DNA from: a virus
Virus record (IMG/VR): IMGVR_UViG_3300020394_000003
Coordinates: 64,001 to 128,000 of that record
DNA length: 64,000 nucleotides
Reading direction: 5' to 3' (one strand)
Positions 11,001-19,134 of the stretch are shown one piece after another (the first letter of the stretch is position 1; each line of letters opens with the position of its first letter). Below the pieces are notes generated by a model, which made no database searches, was not told the DNA's origin, and worked only from the letters and a program-made list of their open reading frames with translations. The translations under genes and the position numbers were made by a program.

Positions 11001-14000
11001 CTCATCGCATTGGCTTTCCTATCGGCCACCCCGGTACCGGTAGAGAATTTACTATGGCCGTGTGGATTTATCCTCTTAAAAATCAATCTAACAGGACGGC
11101 AGTTTGGGCCCTTGGTGATCGCGGCCTAGGCGGTACACACATGAGAGATACCCCGAACAACAGACCGGCCTGCCATATGTCTATAGACATCGATCAAAGA
11201 ATTTACTTTAGTATCAATGACCCACTTACTCACAACCAAAAAAGAATGTGGTATACAACAGATGGAAGCAATCTCAGTGTCCAAACGAAAGTACATAATA
11301 TTGTTTTAAGTTATGACGGTAGTTCGACTAGCAATGTTCCAGTCATTTACGTTGATGGGGTAGCCAAAGCCCTCACTGAAACACCTGAAGGGGGAACAAT
11401 TGATCATAGCTATCAGATGGAACGAATCGATGAAGATCCACACCGCGCCCACGGATCAACATCCGATACCGCTAACGGCATTATTGTCGGCGGCGGACCC
11501 TCTGCAGGCGCGACTCCCTCAAACACACATCTAAGTTTTTGCGATACGATCTTTATGGAGGCTGCTCTTTGGGCAACAAACCTTAGTGCCGCGCAGGTGA
11601 CGCAAATTTATGCAAATGGTTATATGCCAGATCTTACTAGCTCAACAGGTGGTATTCCCACTATTAACGGTGGCTCAATTACATCAACAGAAGATTTGGT
11701 ATCTTGGTGGAGGTTTGGTGATCAGACCAATGACCCCGGTAACCCGTCACAGATTCGTCAATCGGGCTCCACCGCGGGCAATGGATATAGCATGCTCGGA
11801 ACGCCGGTCCTGAGAGATGTGGCGGGGCTCAACAACATTGCACCGATGTATAAGGGAAATGCAATAACAGATTCACAAAATAAAATAAATTATGCCAATA
11901 TTGTCACAGAGGAAGCTTCCTCGATTGACCTCGGTGCGCTTGACATCTCCGCCTTCCAGCCCGCAGCACAAACACCTGCATATTCCATTAGCACAACCGA
12001 GCTTCAACACACAACGAACTTCTTTACAAAATTAAAATTTGACAACTACTGGGTACAGCATCAGATCCCAAGAAATCACTCTAACTATAGTTGGATTAAG
12101 GCTTCGTTAATAACCGGATTTCAGCCTGTCGGATTTCCTACATCCAGCGATGCACTAGCATTTTTGCAACGCTCAGAAACGGGCTATAATGTACACCTTT
12201 CGGATCGACGCAGATTTGATGCCAGTCTTAACACAACCGACAACGCTGCATTCTCGGATATTCAAGGAACAAGCTTCACTGGATTAAACACTGTCATTGC
12301 AGAACCTGTAAACGTATCAACAAATACACTAGGTCATCCTGTTAAAGGAGTCTTCAGTGCTACAGATGATGACGGGACTGTTTATACATCCCTGTATGGT
12401 CCACCCCTAGCGCATGGCATGCAAAGTACACACCCAAAGAATCACCTACAATATCTAAATGGTACGTTCATCCCCCAAGTATATAAATACGTCGACAGCG
12501 ATGGAATTGTAACGGATACAGACCCCTTTATATTTAACAGCTTGATTCACAATAGACAAGGGCCATATGGTTGGCCATCGTGGAAACAAATCCGTGGAGC
12601 CGATCATCCTGTAGTCAGGGCACAAAAGAAAGAAAACATGTTTTCATTTGTGTTGCCCGATGCACTAGAGATTCATTTACAAACATCGACTGGTCACAGA
12701 GTAATTAGGCCTCGCTATGGCGATATTAATGTGTATGATAGGGTTATGCCTGTTACTTCAAAATTTAAACCTATTTCATCCACCATAAACGTTTCTACAA
12801 AAATTAGAAATAGTTTTGGAAAAGATGTATCAAAAGACATTCCTATTGATATCAGCACCACTTATGGCAACGAACTAGTTTACTTTAACAGAGAAAAGGT
12901 AAATAAAAAACTAAACTTGTCTAGAAGTAAAGTAGCGGCATACGAAGAAGTTAAAGCAATGTTTACAAAGGGTGCTTTAGAATCTTCAATATCTCCCGTT
13001 ACATCTATCAATAAATTCGTATATAAGGAAACTATCTATCCATCACACGATAACATGTATAGCGGCGACGTTCGAATTAAACAAGACTATAGTAATAACT
13101 TTTGGCGCGCCACTCACGCTGAAAGAACATCAAACAATCCAAAAACAATTCATGGTCAAGCTTTTTATGGCCGTGATCCCCAATATCTTGGAAATGATAA
13201 CCTTGGCCCCAGCCTCACTCACTTCGGCACCGGTGGTTCAGTAGGAAGACCGTCAATGTCAATATGGCCACTAGACGAAGCAACTGGCGCCATGGACAAC
13301 CTGCCAAATACTTCTTACAGAGCAAAATGGGCTAATGGAAGTTTTCATAGTGATTGGATTGGAAAGGGAGAGGGAGAACTTCTCAATAGGTGGTCATGGC
13401 CGATTAAATGGGACCAAGGATACTACACGCAAGGAACTGGTTACCCAACAAGTTCAGTCCGAGGAGATAATTCTACGAATAACCATGGCACCACAGCCAA
13501 AAATCGCCTGCTGCCTGAAGCAACAGCCTGCTATTACATGCCTCATTTTATGCATGCAACCTCTTCGATTACCTCTCCAACTGGATTACCGCTGGTTTCA
13601 TCAACGGCTTCTGCATTTCCATATACAACAAGTGAACAACTGGAAAATGTTATGTCGTTAGCCAATGCTAGCGGAATCAATCCTGCTCAAGCAGTGCAGG
13701 GCGTCCGCGTCGTAGAGGGCATTTATACTACAGAAGAATGGAACACAGATCAAGCAACTGCTGGCAATTTAACGATTCAACCTTTAAATCAAAATTCTAA
13801 TTATGCTGGATTCGTACCAATGCAAAGTGGATACACAGCGTGGCAAGCGGGTAAGCTAGCTGGAGTCATAAGAGAAGTATCTGTACCTCAAGATGGAACT
13901 GAAGAATTGGTTAATAAAGGAACGCAGTTTACCAAGTTCGTATCAGCATCAACCGACCCTTGGTACTCATCATATGATGAATTTTACAATGATATTAGAG

Positions 14001-17000
14001 TAAAAGCAAAAGACTACTCAGTGTTGCCAGAGTTTAGGATGGAAGACCACATTGGGGACTATATTAACAATAAGGGTGGAGACTTTTTAGCAGAGCAAAA
14101 TTCATTGTTTAGAATGGTGGGTATGCCCTCTGGTTCTAATGAATTAGCAGCAAACAGTTCCGAAGATAACTTTTACAAAATTTACGGTACAAGTGATTTC
14201 TTGAAACATTTTGACATACTTAAAAATGATATTGAAGAACACTTTCAACCATCGTCTCTGACGCTCAAGTGTAACGCTGTTCTTAAATTTAATCCATACG
14301 ATGGGTTCTACCCTGCACAGAGAACATTGCAACTAGCTAGTCAATTTTCTGCTTCATATGGCCGATATGTTGAGTATGAAGGCCCCGGTATGCATTTTCA
14401 TATGGCAAACGATGATGACGCCGAAACGTCAGGTGGGTATATTTTCCGTCAACATCCAATTGGCGAAACAGCCGGCGTAACTACAAATTTAGCATTTAGA
14501 AACTTTTTAAGTCCACTATTCTCGCCGGGAATTATGTTTAATACTATTAAAGCTGGTATCGCCTGTGACTGGCCTGTTATGACCGAAGGTGTTAAGATTT
14601 ATAAAACTAGGTCAGGAAAGTCAGACTATTGGGGATTAGGTTTTTCTAATCCACACCAAGATGATGAGCTTCATGACCGTTTCGACGCTCTGTACGGCGT
14701 ACCCAACAATACACACGTTTCTGCGACTAAACAACTAAACGAATCAAATGGTGTGCTACAAAGTGGAATTTTTAAGATTAGAGAAGATTTAAGAAAAGGC
14801 GCTATTTCCGAATCTTTAATTGTGCAATCTGCATCAATTGCGGGTATTTCGGACGGGTTCCGAATTATTGAGCCCGAAGGAAAGTATAACCATGGCGGTG
14901 ATGAAACGGACGGTGGATTTTATGCAACAAAGATTAATGTCGCCGATCTTCCCGGTATGCAAGCCACCAGCTATACACTCGACCCAATCCGAGATGATAA
15001 TAGTCTAGTATTTACTAGAATTAAAATTACAGCATCGTATGGTCCCGGCCCCAACATGGGTAGATGGGATAAGAGGATCCCCTTTGAGGCGATGATTAAT
15101 CCTGAAAATTATCTAAAAAATATTAAACTATTTGATTATATCGCACATCCATCTTGCTCACTAGACGTTACTGCATCTTGGCAAGGCCAAGGCGATGAAT
15201 TGTATTCCATGATGGCAAACAACTTCCTAGCCGCAGTACCCGACTTTTTCTTAAAAAATAATTCGATGACAACTATTTCTTCTAAAGCACAGGATGAATT
15301 AAATTTATATGCCGAGCAGGGGACTTCTTATGGGATGAGAATCAAGATGTATCGTTCTCTAAACAGGGAAAGGAACTACAATGCCGAGCGCGCCCGCGCA
15401 CTTCGAACTAAGCTATATGATGTTCCTCAAGATCCACGCGATGACCACGGTCTACATGAAACGTTTACTATGTATAGCCGAGCCTCCGCTTTCGGACCTC
15501 CAATTTTTGGAAGAACACACTGTGTAAGAAATGCTGGGAACCCTGTCCTTGCAACAGATCCCAACCCAGATACACTAGCGCAAGCAATCGCGTCAAAGCT
15601 GACAGCATCTTATAGTGCTTTAGAACTCGGCAATATATTCTCTGATCTTGATATAGAAATTTTGGATGCATGCGGCACGCAGCGTATTCCTGAAACACTC
15701 TTTCACACCGCTTCATTCCACGCTACCACTGGTGGAGTATTGGATAGCGTCGAGGGATACTATTGGTCACACACTCCTCCGTATTATCACGGAGAAGCAT
15801 GGTGTGATTTAATCTTTAAGCCAAAACAATCAAAAACTTACTCGCTAGCAGAAATTGTCGATCAATTAGAAGTGCGACAATATCGTGTAGACCCCGGCTT
15901 TGAAGATCCTACCGGTGCAAGCGGAGAAATGAACCCACAATTTATTCCCAACGGATTCCACAGTTCTTCACTATACTCTGCTGAAAACATTAACGCGAAT
16001 GCAATGCAGATTGACTCAAGTGTTAACTTATTTGGAATTGGAAAGGTAAAAACATATGCTTATAACAATGTTGGAGCAACAGGAAGGGCCTCAGCAACTA
16101 CGGTAAGAAGAACGACAGGGGATTCGCCGGCGTGGATTATCCAGCCTAAATTTGAAACTCCGATGCTTAACTTCAGCAGTCTAACCCCAGCACAAGGTGG
16201 AACATGCCCAAGGCCGCTTACTGACGACATTCTGGAGACTCCATTATATGGTGCGGAAGGTGCTCCTAGGGGAATGTGGCATCAATTCGGTACCTTGCCG
16301 CAAGGCAGTGAAGGCGTGTACTTGTCAGTGGGCGATATCCCTTCAGACTGGCTAAATAACCACCCATTAGCAAAAAATTCAGATATTTATGCTGGGTCTG
16401 ATGATGAAGGATCGGGTTCTCTAGCAGCATACAAGCGCGCTTTCTTGGGAGACAGAAATCAAGGAATGAAGTCTCTGTCTGATTTAGTCGGAATGGATAC
16501 TACACCACAAAGACTTGGCACAATCAAGGAGACTATGACAGTATATGAAGCAGTCGTTGCTGTTCCGTTCGTACTAAAAGACAATTTAAGATGGTTCTTT
16601 ACTCTAGACCCACATATGGTTGATGTGGCCCTAGGAGAAGAATCTTATCGTATTCAAGATGGATCTGACGAACCGGGTGTCTCAATTGCTGAACAGCTTA
16701 GAAAAATGCAAAAATATGTATTCCCGCCTCAATTTGATTTTCTTAATAATAGAGAATTGACACCAATGGCGATGTATATTTTTGAATTTAGTATGAAATT
16801 TAGTAAAGATGATTTATCATATATGTGGCAAAACTTGCTACCGCCGACCACTAAAAAATTCGAAATGGCTTCAGCCAATGTGCATCATAATTTATTGATC
16901 AATGAATTGATGGGCTATGCAAATAGAGAAGATGCACAGCCACTTAAGGACAATATTCAATGGATGGTATTCAAGGTTAAGCAACGCGCCCCTGTGAATT

Positions 17001-17992
17001 ACTACGATAAGATAATTGCAAAAACCCCTGAACTGGATAGGTTAGATCGAATCAGCAGAAGTCGTCAAGTAAATTTGGGAACAAATAGTGAAAATAGATA
17101 CAGCTTCAACTGGCCGTATGATTGTTTCTCTATTGTAGAAATGGCACAGCTAGAAGCAACAGTTGAATTTGCAGAAGCATCACCATCCGTATCACAGGCA
17201 CTCAAATTCGACCCATCAGGGGGACGACCTAGTAGACAAGGCGCATATGGGTTCCCAATAATTCCAAATCAGACGCCACCCGGCCTGATTCAAAACTTGG
17301 GAGGATTTTCTGGTGTCTCTGGAGAAGGCGGCGGCGTGATTCAAAAACTTGGCAGATCGCCATGGACACAGGAAATCCAGAGTGGCGATGGCTATAGTAT
17401 GGGTGCCGTCGTCGCCGATAACCCCTTCGGCTCAATCCGCGAAGGTTTTGGTTATGAACCCGGTGGAACAGGAGTAACACCATATGAGCTAGAAGGATAT
17501 GGCACCGTCGATAGTTTAGGCGGCGTTCTAGGCACCGTAGAACAGGGGGCTTATAATATGCGTTCGCTAGATGTAAGGACTTACGAAACAGGTGTTGACG
17601 CATTGTCAACTGAGTTCCGAAATCTTGCTTTAGAAGGATCGTCTGGACCAATTTTCCAAGGGCCGGCCGCAGGTCAAGCACTAGCTTTCGAGTACGACTT
17701 TCAACAAGGCGCCGTGCAAATGAACTCTGGAATGTCAGGCATTAATAGTGTACAAAGTCTTGCTACGAATCCCGCAACAAATGCGCTTCAATTCCAAGCT
17801 AATTCTGGTGTCGGTGCTTCAACCAATCTCGCAAGTCAATACGGAGGACTCAGCACTGCTGGTTCGCTATCAATATTGAACAACTCTACGTTCAATGCTG
17901 CTGCAGGGGCAGCAACACAGCAAGTAACGCAAGTAAACAATAGCGCAGCACAGTATCAGCCAATTTCAACATTCTTCACGTTTACGATTTAG
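5039..17992 (+). CDS. Giant (4317 aa) baseplate/receptor-binding protein with two LamG-like domains and a gp7/P2-gpI-like segment
   Basis: LamG-like signatures (MTVEFWLK...WNHYAVS...FYVNG...LDEFRYW at ~5630-6130; FTMAVWI...HNIVLSYDG...IYVDG...EAALW...LVSWWRF at ~11050-11720) and YIYKSKGTEKSIRNIVRCFG, the KGT motif of gpI/gp7-type wedge proteins. Confidence 0.65.
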   Translation: MAIKDLFEKPQQVLSSADSEKTTKGKVESIDNLDAVLRQKEEFVPYIDHSSASNFAIYGSAEKYYEDAFTAIYRQYPYDGSAHEKKEYELNINYLTRYILDNKYPRTNGYITLGLNNTYSGLSGSYGNVASSEYIKVVGGPHTASNLQYDVEGMIGRPLYETFKYSNKLASNPYELAGLAKGQNLGSQLSNLRFNASDGMTVEFWLKKTAFDPTKTKREVVFDLWNGKNHVGADPDLSSGRFLIELSSSDGGPFRLTCVSGSTSLASDLAICSTSITGGIVANGGWNHYAVSLKSYPSSNETLVKFYVNGDLDKQTTISGYINEVTGGLNAYIGALQTGTALGGAAGYGLLSASLDEFRYWKEARTSEDIGRNWWTQVNGGSNTETANTSLGVYYKFNEGIVQTSAADTAGYAFDKKILDYSGRVSNGVWVGYPGLPHRARSTNSAIVEANVAATEFKDPILYSTHTRVKNLRTELMASGSMWDDENNASLLNALPSFMREEDEEIGDGTLTNTLQMMGAYFDKIHHLIDALPKVRATSYLTASAKPYPFATHLLESIGLNAPELFVQANVLESFAQRDEDRPYTQDLTELKNLIYQNIYNNLTYIYKSKGTEKSIRNIVRCFGVDEELIRLNLYSSNLTYELKDNTRTKTVKSKCVNFNDVDKFDSTIYQAADPDNANTSAYITGSGPTTVTASLGKEDLLGMTVEGEFIFPIKLTRRDFGYFDTPFTKVSLFGMHTPTKNGNSFDTKDYANFQVQAIKPNAESNHAYFKLTSNYDPYPIPELTSSLFNDVYDNQRWNLSVRIKPLDPVTNFVQDNQVDTTFNPLARMCQNYEVHFYGVNMETGYPEHTFHLSGTMEAHKARDFLRASKKIYAGAHKQNFNGATIDLSDVKVSNIKYWATCLDNEDLLAHASDPENHGVTDPYKNVALQVASLNKWHIPKIDTLALNWTFENCVAPSSDAGDPSTDDSFFFVDDISSGSSEAVASAKYGWFSNIIDQQHSGKGDRFLPPESGDKNPIDVNYISSARRQLPEVVNTNDAVQILRQDDDKFTREHSIVQHYYAIEKSMYQTISEEMINMFASIVDFNNLIGEPVNRYRQEYKDLGKLRQLFFDRIGNTPSLDKYVQFYKWLDSAVTTVIQELIPASAEVAADLHNMVESHVLERNKYWTKFPTIEFKQDDPEAGLRGVMELTYDWEHGHHPVNQNQANNALYWKERAERDDFPLSVTASVGSPFFQLDGNPVDGNKNTIRRTLNTHREAKKNSLARPDGTLYGGREYSLRKFTKPYKLEMDMPLEIKSGINFEKNKNVDIAKNLLHPNAPLTISSSTNGPLADLPTNVMFVDGDNIDSFKDVSDDLELNKGKRKYTGTVIMGREKEFDQHNNETYAETTYAKVLPATIVSSSVVTGYNKVFAGVDAPGFVTGASITNIHHDFYGQDREIPMQGPFTEKYVGGHQSRHVRLNPGTDDFQNRPEAWRILVGKVVPGCSRQDPGAFGFVGQDYPYPVIGKEPIAATGIINCHIGSDLPFCDPADGDTITISDGRTTSVFEFDTNGSVVAGNVTLDISGVSGGANSRSRQYAQILANAINAVADLQVQATDNEHTITLVNTLYGAPSSKASFSLGAKGNAAIVKTPKNSGAGIGRSHSETTVWRVTGMAGGQNPVILNQKPPRAVRYREELIKRPVNFKNIRQTTASVDVVVEASRQHGPIGNYTHNYEIVQSAGRTTNDLDFRKTSRLDHQDTALAKGGQDIDAVTYSRKLLQREITNEDEPQHAGGSLGDPNFWHRNAPGVTHSTRDLSKNPRRGKNKTVIVSRFSAPGGYESMSRGFLDPAHEEHSPYDVVTFRNRAVRGEFQYIATSGSVPENFKDTLYQDGLDATTFRVVDIHGEPWGLKSHLTRYTAPYGRDSVLSHGPLQGTEVLENETFYPGFHKVHRNGATANDFTTDIDRVTHTTYYGVPMNRGIVMASDVAGFTPSAPGGTKNSSRALRYVTHRIGFPIGHPGTGREFTMAVWIYPLKNQSNRTAVWALGDRGLGGTHMRDTPNNRPACHMSIDIDQRIYFSINDPLTHNQKRMWYTTDGSNLSVQTKVHNIVLSYDGSSTSNVPVIYVDGVAKALTETPEGGTIDHSYQMERIDEDPHRAHGSTSDTANGIIVGGGPSAGATPSNTHLSFCDTIFMEAALWATNLSAAQVTQIYANGYMPDLTSSTGGIPTINGGSITSTEDLVSWWRFGDQTNDPGNPSQIRQSGSTAGNGYSMLGTPVLRDVAGLNNIAPMYKGNAITDSQNKINYANIVTEEASSIDLGALDISAFQPAAQTPAYSISTTELQHTTNFFTKLKFDNYWVQHQIPRNHSNYSWIKASLITGFQPVGFPTSSDALAFLQRSETGYNVHLSDRRRFDASLNTTDNAAFSDIQGTSFTGLNTVIAEPVNVSTNTLGHPVKGVFSATDDDGTVYTSLYGPPLAHGMQSTHPKNHLQYLNGTFIPQVYKYVDSDGIVTDTDPFIFNSLIHNRQGPYGWPSWKQIRGADHPVVRAQKKENMFSFVLPDALEIHLQTSTGHRVIRPRYGDINVYDRVMPVTSKFKPISSTINVSTKIRNSFGKDVSKDIPIDISTTYGNELVYFNREKVNKKLNLSRSKVAAYEEVKAMFTKGALESSISPVTSINKFVYKETIYPSHDNMYSGDVRIKQDYSNNFWRATHAERTSNNPKTIHGQAFYGRDPQYLGNDNLGPSLTHFGTGGSVGRPSMSIWPLDEATGAMDNLPNTSYRAKWANGSFHSDWIGKGEGELLNRWSWPIKWDQGYYTQGTGYPTSSVRGDNSTNNHGTTAKNRLLPEATACYYMPHFMHATSSITSPTGLPLVSSTASAFPYTTSEQLENVMSLANASGINPAQAVQGVRVVEGIYTTEEWNTDQATAGNLTIQPLNQNSNYAGFVPMQSGYTAWQAGKLAGVIREVSVPQDGTEELVNKGTQFTKFVSASTDPWYSSYDEFYNDIRVKAKDYSVLPEFRMEDHIGDYINNKGGDFLAEQNSLFRMVGMPSGSNELAANSSEDNFYKIYGTSDFLKHFDILKNDIEEHFQPSSLTLKCNAVLKFNPYDGFYPAQRTLQLASQFSASYGRYVEYEGPGMHFHMANDDDAETSGGYIFRQHPIGETAGVTTNLAFRNFLSPLFSPGIMFNTIKAGIACDWPVMTEGVKIYKTRSGKSDYWGLGFSNPHQDDELHDRFDALYGVPNNTHVSATKQLNESNGVLQSGIFKIREDLRKGAISESLIVQSASIAGISDGFRIIEPEGKYNHGGDETDGGFYATKINVADLPGMQATSYTLDPIRDDNSLVFTRIKITASYGPGPNMGRWDKRIPFEAMINPENYLKNIKLFDYIAHPSCSLDVTASWQGQGDELYSMMANNFLAAVPDFFLKNNSMTTISSKAQDELNLYAEQGTSYGMRIKMYRSLNRERNYNAERARALRTKLYDVPQDPRDDHGLHETFTMYSRASAFGPPIFGRTHCVRNAGNPVLATDPNPDTLAQAIASKLTASYSALELGNIFSDLDIEILDACGTQRIPETLFHTASFHATTGGVLDSVEGYYWSHTPPYYHGEAWCDLIFKPKQSKTYSLAEIVDQLEVRQYRVDPGFEDPTGASGEMNPQFIPNGFHSSSLYSAENINANAMQIDSSVNLFGIGKVKTYAYNNVGATGRASATTVRRTTGDSPAWIIQPKFETPMLNFSSLTPAQGGTCPRPLTDDILETPLYGAEGAPRGMWHQFGTLPQGSEGVYLSVGDIPSDWLNNHPLAKNSDIYAGSDDEGSGSLAAYKRAFLGDRNQGMKSLSDLVGMDTTPQRLGTIKETMTVYEAVVAVPFVLKDNLRWFFTLDPHMVDVALGEESYRIQDGSDEPGVSIAEQLRKMQKYVFPPQFDFLNNRELTPMAMYIFEFSMKFSKDDLSYMWQNLLPPTTKKFEMASANVHHNLLINELMGYANREDAQPLKDNIQWMVFKVKQRAPVNYYDKIIAKTPELDRLDRISRSRQVNLGTNSENRYSFNWPYDCFSIVEMAQLEATVEFAEASPSVSQALKFDPSGGRPSRQGAYGFPIIPNQTPPGLIQNLGGFSGVSGEGGGVIQKLGRSPWTQEIQSGDGYSMGAVVADNPFGSIREGFGYEPGGTGVTPYELEGYGTVDSLGGVLGTVEQGAYNMRSLDVRTYETGVDALSTEFRNLALEGSSGPIFQGPAAGQALAFEYDFQQGAVQMNSGMSGINSVQSLATNPATNALQFQANSGVGASTNLASQYGGLSTAGSLSILNNSTFNAAAGAATQQVTQVNNSAAQYQPISTFFTFTI

Positions 17993-18006
17993 AATAGGGT
18001 GAGCGA

Positions 18007-18014
18007 ACTATATA
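18007..18014 (+). promoter_or_regulatory. Putative late promoter motif ACTATATA
   Basis: Recurring motif in the short intergenic gap before 18040. Confidence 0.55.
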
Positions 18015-18039
18015 TTTTGAAAACTAGGTAACAAACAAT

Positions 18040-19134
18040 ATGGCATTTTTTAATAAAAAAGAAGAAGTTATCGACATCCAATTAACACAGTATGGAAAAC
18101 ATTTGCTGTCAAAAGGTGTTTTTCGCCCTGTGTCGTATGCTTTTTTTGACGATAATGTGTTATACGATAGCACCTATGCCGGCTTATCAACTGAAAATCA
18201 AAACTCAATAGAGCCAAGAATTCAAGAGGATACCCCTGCGCTAAAAACGCAGCACATGTTTTATGGTGCTGAAACAGAAATTTTAAGAATCGCAAATGAA
18301 ATCAGGGGCACAAATGGAAAAGTCCCTTCTATGCAGCCCGTAGCTGATAAACATTATGCCTTATCAGCGCCTCTGGGAACTAGCGCACTTCATACAGACA
18401 AACTGCCTTCTTGGAGTGTAAGATATTTTGCAGCCGAGTTAGATGATTCGGTGCAGTATGTTACAGGCGCCCATCCTACAATGAAAATTCCACAACTTGA
18501 GTCTACAGTTACATACAAAACAGAAATATATGATGATAGAAGTACAAACCCTGCGCTGCGGTCTGCAACATCTGGATTTGGCAGCGGGATTGAACAAAAC
18601 ATTTCTAGCGAGTCAGAGTACATGATGGCATCTAGCAAATTTGATGACGGTTCGTATTTTATCACTAGAGGCGACCAACTGCTTATTGAAATTGATGAGA
18701 AGAACACAGACTTTTTTAAAGAAAATTTTGATATAGAGGTGTTTGTCATTGAAGAGGTCGATGTCACGGGATCAGTTAAAACCCCGGGCCTTAATGGTTC
18801 TAAAAATAAAAAAGAAATATTGCGACCTCTGAACTTCCCCGCCATAAATTCCCCGGTTGTAAATGGTATTTTAACAGATCCACAAAACAGCCCTTCTGTT
18901 ACACTAGACGCAGATGATGTGGCATACTATTTTGACGTTAAAGTGGACAGTGAGATACCCCCGGAGACTTTGTGTGCGATTATTGCAGAGCTTAAATCAC
19001 AAGGGCAAGAATTGGGATACCTGTCAGACTTAGATCTTAACTGCCCAGACGTGTATGTTGCTGGTGCAAACGTGCCGTTCAACTTATATGGCAGTAATGT
19101 TACCGATGAGGATATCGAAGAATGTCTAGATTAA
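18040..19134 (+). CDS. Putative baseplate structural protein; N-terminus paralogous to 25658..26569
   Basis: MAFFNKKEEVIDIQLTQYGKHLLSKG...YAFFDDNVLY resembles MAFLDNSGDIILDAVLTDTGRFRLAKG...FALGDDEIDY. Confidence 0.6.
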   Translation: MAFFNKKEEVIDIQLTQYGKHLLSKGVFRPVSYAFFDDNVLYDSTYAGLSTENQNSIEPRIQEDTPALKTQHMFYGAETEILRIANEIRGTNGKVPSMQPVADKHYALSAPLGTSALHTDKLPSWSVRYFAAELDDSVQYVTGAHPTMKIPQLESTVTYKTEIYDDRSTNPALRSATSGFGSGIEQNISSESEYMMASSKFDDGSYFITRGDQLLIEIDEKNTDFFKENFDIEVFVIEEVDVTGSVKTPGLNGSKNKKEILRPLNFPAINSPVVNGILTDPQNSPSVTLDADDVAYYFDVKVDSEIPPETLCAIIAELKSQGQELGYLSDLDLNCPDVYVAGANVPFNLYGSNVTDEDIEECLD

